From IMG/VR virus record IMGVR_UViG_3300042522_000840: 64,000 nucleotides of DNA. The stretch is one strand, 5' to 3'. Positions 9,962 through 19,625 of the stretch are shown piece by piece. The notes below the pieces were generated by a model that was given only the letters and a program-made list of their open reading frames with translations, searched no databases and was not told the origin of the DNA. Source of the stretch: an uncultured virus (IMG/VR IMGVR_UViG_3300042522_000840). Lineage: Duplodnaviria > Heunggongvirae > Uroviricota > Caudoviricetes. The position numbers and the translations under genes are program-made. Position 1 is the stretch's first letter, and each line of letters begins with the position of its first letter.

Positions 9962-12900
9962 ATGGCAAAGTACACCAGCGGTAGACAGAAAAATTTAAAG
10001 GTTGGACTTACATCTTATAGTGAAAATTTAAGTTCACTTGAGGTTATTGGTGCTGCTGTTTTTACTGGAGAAAGTTCTGGGGAACTTGTAAGAATTAGTC
10101 AAATTGGAACGGGACCTGCTTTTCTTGTAGAAGATAGTGCAAATCCTGATGTAACACCTTTTGTAATTACAAAAGAGGGTAAAGTTGCAATTGGTGTTGC
10201 TGCTGGTGGAATTAGTACTAGTTATAAGTTGGAGGTTGATGGTGGGGATATTAGATTTGTTACTGGAAGTCAAGGTGATTTAATTATTAGTCATTCGAAC
10301 TTAGTATCTAATATTCGATCTGCTGGAACAGTACAACTTGGTTTAGGTGCGAATGGTGGAGATACCATTCGTATCAACTTAGATAATAATGTTGGTATTG
10401 GAACCACAACTCCAACATCAAAACTTTATGTTGTTGGGGATGGATATTTTACGGGTATTATAACTGCCTCTTCATTTGGTGGTAATGCTTTAAGTGCAAC
10501 TTATGCTTCTACTTCTGGTATAGCAACTTACGCTACAACATCAGGAGTATCAACCTTCTCTGGATACGCTAATACCTCTGGATTCTCTACGTTCTCTGGT
10601 TACGCTAATAATTCTGGTTTAAGTACTTATGCTACAACATCAGGATTCTCTACGTTCTCTGGTTACGCTAATAATTCTGGTTTAAGTACTTATGCTACAA
10701 CATCAGGATTCTCTACGTTCTCTGGTTACGCTAATAATTCTGGTTTAAGTACTTATGCTACAACATCAGGTGTTAGTACTTATGCTACAACATCAGGATT
10801 CTCTACGTTCTCTGGATATGCTAATAATGCTGGTTTAAGTACTTATGCTACAACATCAGGTGTTAGTACTTATGCTACAACATCAGGATTCTCTACGTTC
10901 TCTGGTTACGCTAATAATTCTGGTTTAAGTACTTATGCTACAACATCAGGATTCTCTACGTTCTCTGGATATGCTAATAATGCTGGTTTAAGTACTTATG
11001 CTACAACAGCAGGTGTCGCAACGGCACTTCAAAACGCAAGAACATTCCAAATTACTGGAGATATTATTGCATCTCCAATAAGTTTTAATGGTACTGGTAA
11101 TGTATCATTAGCGGCAACCATTCAACCTAATAGCGTTGCTCTTGGAACTGATACATCTGGTGATTATGTAGCAAACATCACTGGAACATCAAACCAAATT
11201 ACAGTTACTTCTGGAACAGGTGAAAGTTCAACACCAACATTAAGTCTTCCAAGTAATTTAGTTGTTCCTCAGGATTTAACAGTTACAAGAGACCTTCAAG
11301 TCAATCGTAACTTAAACGTCACTGGAAATATTACGATTGGTGGAACAACTGCATTTATTAGTGTTCAAGAATTAGTTGTTACTGATCCAGATATTATTCT
11401 TGGATATAGAACTGATGCATTTGGTAATGATATTTCAAATGATACTACTGCCAATCACGGTGGTGTTGCTCTTGCATCCACTGAAGGTAATCCATTAGTT
11501 GATTTGTTTATCACTGGTATTGAAACAGCACCTGCCACATATAAGAAAATTATGTGGTTTAAGTCTGGTACTTTTAGTGGACTTGGTACTGATGCTTGGT
11601 TAGTTAACTATGCAGTTGGTATTGGTAGCACTCAATTCCCAACAGGAACCAGATTAGCAGCAGGATCAGTTCAGTTTACTGAAAATGATTTAGCAGTTGT
11701 AAGAAATATTAATGCTTCTGGTGTTGTTACAGCATCAAGTTTCTCTGGTAATGCTTCAAGTGCTACTTATGCCACTTCAAGTGGTATAGCAACTTATGCT
11801 ACAACATCAGGTGTTAGTACTTATTCTGGAGTATCTGGATTCTCTACGTTCTCTGGATATTCTAATACCTCTGGATTCTCTACCTTCTCTGGATACTCCA
11901 ATGTAGCAGGTATTGCTACTTATGCTACAACATCAGGTGTTAGTACTTATTCTGGAGTATCAGGATTCTCTACCTTCTCTGGATACTCCAATGTAGCAGG
12001 TATAGCAACTTATGCTACAACATCAGGAGTATCAACCTTCTCTGGATACGCTAATACCTCTGGATTCTCTACGTTTTCTGGATACTCCAATGTAGCAGGT
12101 ATAGCAACTTATGCTACAACATCAGGTGTTAGTACTTATTCTGGAGTATCAGGATTCTCTACGTTCTCTGGATATGCTAATAATGCTGGTTTAAGTACTT
12201 ATGCTACAACATCAGGAGTATCAACCTTCTCTGGATACGCTAATACCTCTGGATTCTCTACGTTTTCTGGATATGCTAATAATGCTGGTTTAAGTACTTA
12301 TGCTACAACATCAGGATTTTCTACCTTCTCTGGTTACTCTACAACAGCAGGTGTTAGTACTTATGCGGTTACTGCTGGAGTATCTACAAGTGTCATAGGC
12401 GGCATAGGTTCTATAACACAACTCCAAGTCACTGGGGTTTCTACCTTCACTGACGGACCTGTATTAATTGGTTCTGGAACCTCAACAGGAACTGCAACAC
12501 AAAGACTTCAAGTTACTGGTGGTGCTTATGTTTCCGGTAATACTGGTATAGGAACCACAAATCCAACTTCTAAACTTTATGTTGATGGTGATACTTATAT
12601 TACTGGTATTTTAACTGCGAATAGAATTTTTAGTTCTATCTATGGAGAATTTACTGGAGGATCTATTTCTGGTAGTAATATTGTAGGAACTTCTTTATCT
12701 ATCTCTGGAATTTCTACTTTAGGAACAGTACAAATATCTTCTGGTGTTGTAACCGCAACAACATTCGTAGGTTCTCTTACAGGAACTGCAACATCAACAA
12801 CTAATATTCCAAATCTCACTGGAGATATAACATCTAGTAATACTGCAACAACATTAGCAACTGTTAATAGTAATGTTGGAACTTATGGTGATGTAGGAGC

Positions 12901-14287
12901 AATTCCATCAATTACAGTTAATGCAAAAGGACTTGTAACTGGTGTAACAACTGTTGCTCCAAATAACGGACAACTTTCTCTTGGTGTTTCTGGAACTGGA
13001 CTTTCTGGTTCTGCTACATTTACTGCAAATCAATCAGGTTCTTCTACGTTTACAGTAACTTCTAATGCAACCGATGTAAATACTTCATCAACAATTGTTG
13101 CTCGTGATGCATCTGGTAATTTTAGTGCAGGAACAATTACTGCCAACCTAACAGGAACTGCTACTACTGCAACTAATCTTGCAGATGCTGCAAATATTAC
13201 AACAGGTACTATTAATTCCGCAAGATTAAGTGGAACTTATAGTATTGATATTACTGGTAATGCTACTACTGCTAATTATGCTACTAATGCGGGTATAGCA
13301 ACTTATGCTACTAATGCGGGTATAGCAACTTATGCTACTAATGCGGGTATAGCAACCTATGCTACCTCAAGTGGTATTGCTACTTATGCAACCGCAGCAG
13401 GAGTTTCAACTAACCTAAAAGGTGGAGTTGCTGGCAATGTCCCATATCAGTCAGCAACTGACACAACAACTTTTGTAACAAATGGAACATCTGGTCAAGT
13501 TTTACTCTTTAATGGTTCTGTTCCAATTTGGGGAAATGTAAGTGCTGCTTCTGGGTCCTTTGGTGGTATTTCTGTTCAAGATGAGGGAGTTAATGTAGGA
13601 ACATCAAATAGTATTACGACTCTTAATTTTATTGGTTCTAATGTAAATGTAACTGCAACTTCTGGAGCAAATGGTATTGCTACTGTTACTATTGCAAATA
13701 ACCTTGTTGGAACTGCACTTTCCATCTCTGGTATTTCTACTTTAGGAACAGTAAGAATATCTTCTGGTATTATTACGGCAACTTCTGGTATTGTAACTTA
13801 TTATGGGGACGGTTCTCAATTATCTGGTGTTTCTGGTGGTCTAACTGTAACTGATGATACTTCAACAAATGCAACAAGATATATTCTTTTTGATGATGTT
13901 ACAAGTGGCACAGTAACTGCAGCAAATGTATCTTCAACAAAACTTACATTCAACCCATCAACGGGAAATTTGGTTGCTGGTGGTACTGTAACTGCAAATT
14001 CGGACAAGAAACTGAAGACAAATATTAAAACTATAGAAAATGCTCTACATAAAGTGTTGTCTATTCGTGGGGTTGAATTTGATCGTATAGATACCGGAGA
14101 TCATCAAATCGGTGTGATTGCACAAGAGGTTGAAGAAATTATCCCTGAGGTTGTTTATCCAAAATCAGCACCAGATTATGAGACCAAATCGGTTGCTTAT
14201 GCAAACTTAGTCGGTCTTTTAATTGAAGCAGTTAAGGAACAAAATCAACGAATTGTAGAGTTAGAAAGAAAACTGGAGGAGAAGTGA
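9962..14287 (+). CDS. Long tail fibre with C-terminal intramolecular chaperone (peptidase S74-like)
   Basis: VGIGTTTP motifs, Ser/Thr repeats, C-terminal NSDKKLKTNI...GVIAQEVE...VAYANLVGLLIEAVKE. Confidence 0.85.
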   Translation: MAKYTSGRQKNLKVGLTSYSENLSSLEVIGAAVFTGESSGELVRISQIGTGPAFLVEDSANPDVTPFVITKEGKVAIGVAAGGISTSYKLEVDGGDIRFVTGSQGDLIISHSNLVSNIRSAGTVQLGLGANGGDTIRINLDNNVGIGTTTPTSKLYVVGDGYFTGIITASSFGGNALSATYASTSGIATYATTSGVSTFSGYANTSGFSTFSGYANNSGLSTYATTSGFSTFSGYANNSGLSTYATTSGFSTFSGYANNSGLSTYATTSGVSTYATTSGFSTFSGYANNAGLSTYATTSGVSTYATTSGFSTFSGYANNSGLSTYATTSGFSTFSGYANNAGLSTYATTAGVATALQNARTFQITGDIIASPISFNGTGNVSLAATIQPNSVALGTDTSGDYVANITGTSNQITVTSGTGESSTPTLSLPSNLVVPQDLTVTRDLQVNRNLNVTGNITIGGTTAFISVQELVVTDPDIILGYRTDAFGNDISNDTTANHGGVALASTEGNPLVDLFITGIETAPATYKKIMWFKSGTFSGLGTDAWLVNYAVGIGSTQFPTGTRLAAGSVQFTENDLAVVRNINASGVVTASSFSGNASSATYATSSGIATYATTSGVSTYSGVSGFSTFSGYSNTSGFSTFSGYSNVAGIATYATTSGVSTYSGVSGFSTFSGYSNVAGIATYATTSGVSTFSGYANTSGFSTFSGYSNVAGIATYATTSGVSTYSGVSGFSTFSGYANNAGLSTYATTSGVSTFSGYANTSGFSTFSGYANNAGLSTYATTSGFSTFSGYSTTAGVSTYAVTAGVSTSVIGGIGSITQLQVTGVSTFTDGPVLIGSGTSTGTATQRLQVTGGAYVSGNTGIGTTNPTSKLYVDGDTYITGILTANRIFSSIYGEFTGGSISGSNIVGTSLSISGISTLGTVQISSGVVTATTFVGSLTGTATSTTNIPNLTGDITSSNTATTLATVNSNVGTYGDVGAIPSITVNAKGLVTGVTTVAPNNGQLSLGVSGTGLSGSATFTANQSGSSTFTVTSNATDVNTSSTIVARDASGNFSAGTITANLTGTATTATNLADAANITTGTINSARLSGTYSIDITGNATTANYATNAGIATYATNAGIATYATNAGIATYATSSGIATYATAAGVSTNLKGGVAGNVPYQSATDTTTFVTNGTSGQVLLFNGSVPIWGNVSAASGSFGGISVQDEGVNVGTSNSITTLNFIGSNVNVTATSGANGIATVTIANNLVGTALSISGISTLGTVRISSGIITATSGIVTYYGDGSQLSGVSGGLTVTDDTSTNATRYILFDDVTSGTVTAANVSSTKLTFNPSTGNLVAGGTVTANSDKKLKTNIKTIENALHKVLSIRGVEFDRIDTGDHQIGVIAQEVEEIIPEVVYPKSAPDYETKSVAYANLVGLLIEAVKEQNQRIVELERKLEEK
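10490..11010 (+). repeat. Coding tandem repeats (GFSTFSGYANNSGLSTYATTS, 63-bp units with 27-bp sub-units)
   Basis: Near-identical DNA units ggattctctacgttctctggttacgctaataattctggtttaagtacttatgctacaacatca. Confidence 0.9.
11760..12390 (+). repeat. Second block of the same modular coding repeats
   Basis: Shuffled GIATYATTS / GVSTYSGVS / GFSTFSGY modules. Confidence 0.85.
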
Positions 14288-14288
14288 T

Positions 14289-17200
14289 ATGCCAGTTGTA
14301 GTAGGTTTAAGTTCGATTACTGGACTTTCCACAGTAACAAGTGGAAGTGATGCTGCTTACAAAGAATATGTTGATAATAAACTTGGTGGTTCTATACCAA
14401 GTATCACTGGAAATGAGAATGAATTTTTATTTACTAATGGTAGTAGTGTAAGTTGGGAACCAATTCAAGCAACTCAAGAATATACGGCAGCAGGAACTTA
14501 TACTTTTAATTTACCAACACAAGCAAAGAAGATTACAATCGAAGCAACTGGTGCAGGTGGTGGTGGTGCAAGTGGTGATGCAATGGCATCTGCATATACT
14601 CCTGGTTCTCTATGGGCACTGAGAACTGCAGGAACAACATTGCAGATGAATGCACTTGCATTTAAGGATAATGTATATTTACTTGGTGGAACTGCAGTAA
14701 CACCTATTTATTGGATTCTAAGAACTTCTGGTACTACAAGTGCATTGAATGCTTCGGTGTATATCAGTGATTATGTCTTGGGTGGTGCTTCTGGTGTTTT
14801 AGTTTCTTCAACAGATGCAGTTAGATGGACTTTAAGAACATCAGGAACTGTAGGTTCTATTAATGCTCTTGGAACTTATAGTGGAAATTATATTGCTGGT
14901 GGTACAGGTGCCACTGTGATGTGGACTTTAAGAACTTCTGGTTTTGCTACTAGTGATATTAATGCACTCACCTTTGCAAACAATACTTATGTTGCTGGTG
15001 GTGCTAGTGGAAGATTAAGTACCTCAACAGATTCAATCATCTGGACTGCAAGAACTTTGTCTTTTGGTGCTGGTACTGTTCTAGCACTCACTTTTGGAAA
15101 TACTCCTACTAATACTTATGTTGCTGCTGGTGGTGCTGGAGTCTTAAGAACCTCAACAGATGCGATTGCTTGGACTATAAGAACTGCTAGTTTTGGTGGT
15201 CAAATTCCTTATGCTCTTACTTATGCAAACAATACTTATCTTACTTGTGGTGCTGGTGGAGTCTTAAATACCTCAACAAATGCAATTTCCTGGACTTTAA
15301 GAACTTCTGGTGTTGCCACTAGTACTATTACTTGTCTTACTTTTGGAGATACGCCTGTCAATACTTATGTTGCTGGTGGAGGTACTTCCAGTGTAGTTGG
15401 AAGATTAAGTACTTCAACAGATGCGATTGCTTGGACTATAAGAACTGCTAGTTTTGGTGCAAATTTAATTAATACTCTTACATTTGCCAATAATACTTAT
15501 GTTGCTGGTGGTCAAGGTGGAAGATTAAATACCTCAACAGATGCAATTCATTGGACTTTAAGAACTTATGGTTTTGGTGCTATAGATATTAATGCACTCA
15601 CCTTTGGAAACAATACTTATGTTGCTGGTGGTGCTAGTGGAAACTTAAATATCTCAACAAATGCAATTGTTTGGACTTTAAGAACTTCTGGTTTTGCTGC
15701 TAATGCCATTTATGCACTTACCTTTGCAAACAATACTTATGTTGCTGGTGGTGTTAGTGGAATATTAAATACCTCACCATCCACCACACTAACCTCCACA
15801 GGACTCGGTGCTTATTTTTCAGTTTCAACAGATGAAATTGTTTGGGCTTTAAGAACCACAAATACCAATATAGAAACAATTAACTCTTTTGCAGTTGATA
15901 CATCAAATCGTATCGTTGCTGGATTTACTGACTATGATGGTCTTGTTAGAGACCTTATTACTTCTACTGATGGACTTTCTTGGGAGTTTAGAACTTCTGG
16001 TTTTGGTAATACGACGATTAATGCTTTAATATATGCGAATAGTCTTTATGTTGCTGGTGGTAATATTAGCACTAATGTTCAATGGACTTTAAGAACTTCT
16101 GGTACTACTAACAATCTTTCTGATATTATTTTTGAAAATAATACTTATGTTGCTGGTGGTTTTAATGGAGTCTTAAACACCTCAACAAATGCAATCACTT
16201 GGACTTTAAGAACTTCTGGTTTTGGTACTACTAATATTAATGCTCTTACTTTTGCAAACAATACTTATGTTGCTGGTGGTAATGGAAGATTAAACACCTC
16301 AACAGACGCAATCACTTGGGAATTAAGAACTTCTGGTTTTGGTGCTAATACTATTCGTGCTCTTACTTATTCAACATTTTATGTTGCTAGTAGTGATGGT
16401 GGAAAATTAAATACCTCAACAGATGCAATTGCTTGGACTTTAAGAACTGCAGGTGCTGCAAGTGGAAATCTTTATACTCTCATTTATGCAAACGATACTT
16501 ATGTTGTCGGTGGTGATAATGGAGTATTAAACACTTCAACAAATGCAATTGTATGGACTTTAAGAACTTCTGGTACTACTGCTGGATATGCTGCGCTTAC
16601 TTTTGCAAACAGCACTTATGTTGTTGGTGGTACTGGTGGAATATTAAATACTTCAACAGATGCTATTACTTGGACTTTAAGAACTTCTGGATTTTTTCTA
16701 AGTACTCTTTATGAGTTCATTTATGCAAACAATACTTATGTTGCTGGTGGTGAGGGTGGAAAATTAAATACTTCAACAGATGCAATCACTTGGACTTTAA
16801 GAACTTCTGGTACTGGTAATACTATTAATGCACTAACCTATGCAAATAATACTTATGTTGCTGCTGGTAATAATGGAGTCTTAAACACTGCTACTCAAAC
16901 ATCTCTAACAACTTTAGGTTTTGGACTTTCCACATCTACCGACTCAATCTCTTGGGATGCTAAAATACCTGGATTTGGTACTTCTGCAGTTCGTGCATTA
17001 ACTTATGGAACTGTTTATGTTGCTTCTGGTGATGCTGGTCGTTTAGCAACATCCGCAGATGGAAGTAACTGGACTGTAAGAACTACACCATTCACCACAA
17101 ACGCAATCAACTCATTAGTTTATAATAACGGTGTTTATGTTGCTGGTGGTGTAAGTGCTACTAATAGTGCCAATACAGCAACTTCTACTGATGGAATTGT

Positions 17201-19613
17201 ATGGATTTTAAGAACAACATCTACGACATCGGCAATTAATACAATTGGATTTGGAAATAATACTTATATTTTTGGTGGTGCTTCTGGAGTCACTGGAACA
17301 TCAACTCAAAACATCTTATCTGGTTTTGGAAACGGTGCCTATTTCTCTACATCAACAGACAGCTTATATTGGATACTTCGCACAACAAACTCTGCAATTC
17401 ATACTATTAACTCTATTGGAACCAGTAATGATTATATTGTTGCTGGGTGTAGTAATGCAATTGGTGATGGTGGTTTTATTTCAGTATCTACCGATAATAT
17501 CAACTGGACTTTAAGAACTTCTGGTTTTGGTACTACCACTATTAATGCTATGGTTTATGGTGGTGTTTATGTTGCTGGTGGAAACTCTGGAGTTTTAAGT
17601 TCTTCTACTGATACTATAAATTGGTCTTTAAGAACAGCAAATACTTCACCTATTAATTTTAATGCTCTTATTTATGGAAATAATACTTATATTTTTGCGG
17701 GTAATAGTGGAGTCTTAAATACCTCAACAGACGCAATTACTTGGACTAGAAGAACTTCTGGAATTTCTGCAGCTGTTAATATTCTTTCTCTTACTTATGG
17801 AAATAATATTTATGCTATTTGTGGTGAATCTGGAATATTAAATACTTCAACAGATGCAATTACTTGGACTTTAAGAACCTCAGGTAGAACATCAATTCTT
17901 CGTGGTCTTTCTTATGGTGGTTCGACTTATATTGCAAATGGTGATTCTGGTGTTGTTCTATCATCAACAGACGCAATCACTTGGGTCTTAAGAACTTCAA
18001 ATACCGCACAATCTTTATCGTCTTCTGTTGGTATTGGGAATACTTTTATCACTGCAGGCGCTGCTGGTGCTGTTTCTGCTTCTCCAGTTCGTCTTGGTTC
18101 TGGCGGTTCTGGCGGCGGCGGTGGAGCAACAGTCACTTGGGAATTAGATAAGTCTCAAATTACTGGATCAACACTTTCTGTGACTGTTGGTGCTGGTGGT
18201 ACAACAAGTACAGCAGGTGCAGGAACCACAGTATCTTGGTCGGGACCTGCAGGAACTTATACAATTACTGCAAATGGTGGTTCTGCTGGTACTGCTTATG
18301 TTGTTGGTGCTGGTGGTACGGTTCCAAGTACAACACTTAATTACTTAAGAGCAAGTGCAGGTGGTGCTGGTGCTTCTGGTCTTTATCCAGGTGTAACACC
18401 AACAGCAGCAGCAACAGCAACACTTGCATATCAAACAACTGGTGGTGGTGCTGGTGCTTATTCAATTGGTTATAATTTATTTGGTGGTGTTCTTGGTGGT
18501 CTTGGAGGAACACTGAACTATTATGGAAACACAATTAGTGCAACAAATAATCAAATACCAGGAAGTTCTTCTTTAAGTATTTCTGGACTTTCTTATGGTA
18601 ATGGTGGAAGTGGTGGAGGTGCTGCAAGTAGAGATGCGTTGTTCTGGACTGCAAGAACTGCTAGTTTTAGCACTTCTATTATTAGATCAGTTGCGTTTGC
18701 AAATAATACTTATCTTTCTGGTGGTGCTAGTGGAATCTTAAATACCTCAACAGATGCAATTACTTGGATTTTAAGAACTGCTGGTTTTGGTACTGCTGAT
18801 ATTTATTCTATCATATATGAAACTTTTTATGTTGCGAGTGGTGATAGTGGAAGATTAAATACCTCAACAGATACTATTATTTGGACTTTAAGAACTTCTG
18901 GTTTTACTTCTACTATTAGAGCACTCACTTTTGCAAACAATACTTATGTTGCTGGTGGTGATAGTGGAAGATTAAATACTTCAACAGATTCAATTAGTTG
19001 GATTATAAGAACTTCTGCTTTTGCTACTCTTGCCATTAATGAAATCATTTATGCAAATGGAATTTATGTTGCTGGTGGTAGTAGTGGTTCAAAAATAAAC
19101 ACTTCAACAGATGCAATTACTTGGGAATTAAGAACTTCTGGACTTAATAATACATCTAATTACAACATTCATGGTCTTACTTATGGAAATTCTATCTATG
19201 TCACTATCAATACCTGGGGTGAAACTGCAACTTCAACAGATGCAATTGCTTGGACTTTGAGAACTTCTGGTATTTTTACTGGTAATAGTGTATTTGGACT
19301 CGGTTTCTTTAATAATACTTATGTTACAGGCACATCTGGATTTTTAAGTGTCTCAACAGATGCAATTACTTGGCAATTAAGAACTTCTGCTTTTACTGCT
19401 GGTAATGTACATTCAGTTACTTTTGGAAATAATACTTATGTTGCTGGTGGTTCTAGTGGAATTCTCGTAACATCTCCAATCGCATCAGCAGGCACAGGAG
19501 GTTCTGGAGTCAAAGGTGGTGGAGGTGGTGGAGGTGGTTATGATGAAGTCAGCAACTCTGCAGGTTCTGGTGGAACTGGTGGTGCTGGTTATGTTCGTAT
19601 CAGTTGGGTATAA
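14289..19613 (+). CDS. Large Gly-rich virion protein with WTLRTS beta-propeller-like repeats (paralogue 1)
   Basis: About 39-aa repeat WTLRTSGF..INALTFANNTYVAGG..G.LNTSTDAI; ends GGAGYVRISWV. Confidence 0.75.
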   Translation: MPVVVGLSSITGLSTVTSGSDAAYKEYVDNKLGGSIPSITGNENEFLFTNGSSVSWEPIQATQEYTAAGTYTFNLPTQAKKITIEATGAGGGGASGDAMASAYTPGSLWALRTAGTTLQMNALAFKDNVYLLGGTAVTPIYWILRTSGTTSALNASVYISDYVLGGASGVLVSSTDAVRWTLRTSGTVGSINALGTYSGNYIAGGTGATVMWTLRTSGFATSDINALTFANNTYVAGGASGRLSTSTDSIIWTARTLSFGAGTVLALTFGNTPTNTYVAAGGAGVLRTSTDAIAWTIRTASFGGQIPYALTYANNTYLTCGAGGVLNTSTNAISWTLRTSGVATSTITCLTFGDTPVNTYVAGGGTSSVVGRLSTSTDAIAWTIRTASFGANLINTLTFANNTYVAGGQGGRLNTSTDAIHWTLRTYGFGAIDINALTFGNNTYVAGGASGNLNISTNAIVWTLRTSGFAANAIYALTFANNTYVAGGVSGILNTSPSTTLTSTGLGAYFSVSTDEIVWALRTTNTNIETINSFAVDTSNRIVAGFTDYDGLVRDLITSTDGLSWEFRTSGFGNTTINALIYANSLYVAGGNISTNVQWTLRTSGTTNNLSDIIFENNTYVAGGFNGVLNTSTNAITWTLRTSGFGTTNINALTFANNTYVAGGNGRLNTSTDAITWELRTSGFGANTIRALTYSTFYVASSDGGKLNTSTDAIAWTLRTAGAASGNLYTLIYANDTYVVGGDNGVLNTSTNAIVWTLRTSGTTAGYAALTFANSTYVVGGTGGILNTSTDAITWTLRTSGFFLSTLYEFIYANNTYVAGGEGGKLNTSTDAITWTLRTSGTGNTINALTYANNTYVAAGNNGVLNTATQTSLTTLGFGLSTSTDSISWDAKIPGFGTSAVRALTYGTVYVASGDAGRLATSADGSNWTVRTTPFTTNAINSLVYNNGVYVAGGVSATNSANTATSTDGIVWILRTTSTTSAINTIGFGNNTYIFGGASGVTGTSTQNILSGFGNGAYFSTSTDSLYWILRTTNSAIHTINSIGTSNDYIVAGCSNAIGDGGFISVSTDNINWTLRTSGFGTTTINAMVYGGVYVAGGNSGVLSSSTDTINWSLRTANTSPINFNALIYGNNTYIFAGNSGVLNTSTDAITWTRRTSGISAAVNILSLTYGNNIYAICGESGILNTSTDAITWTLRTSGRTSILRGLSYGGSTYIANGDSGVVLSSTDAITWVLRTSNTAQSLSSSVGIGNTFITAGAAGAVSASPVRLGSGGSGGGGGATVTWELDKSQITGSTLSVTVGAGGTTSTAGAGTTVSWSGPAGTYTITANGGSAGTAYVVGAGGTVPSTTLNYLRASAGGAGASGLYPGVTPTAAATATLAYQTTGGGAGAYSIGYNLFGGVLGGLGGTLNYYGNTISATNNQIPGSSSLSISGLSYGNGGSGGGAASRDALFWTARTASFSTSIIRSVAFANNTYLSGGASGILNTSTDAITWILRTAGFGTADIYSIIYETFYVASGDSGRLNTSTDTIIWTLRTSGFTSTIRALTFANNTYVAGGDSGRLNTSTDSISWIIRTSAFATLAINEIIYANGIYVAGGSSGSKINTSTDAITWELRTSGLNNTSNYNIHGLTYGNSIYVTINTWGETATSTDAIAWTLRTSGIFTGNSVFGLGFFNNTYVTGTSGFLSVSTDAITWQLRTSAFTAGNVHSVTFGNNTYVAGGSSGILVTSPIASAGTGGSGVKGGGGGGGGYDEVSNSAGSGGTGGAGYVRISWV

Positions 19614-19625
19614 GGAGGTAAACAA

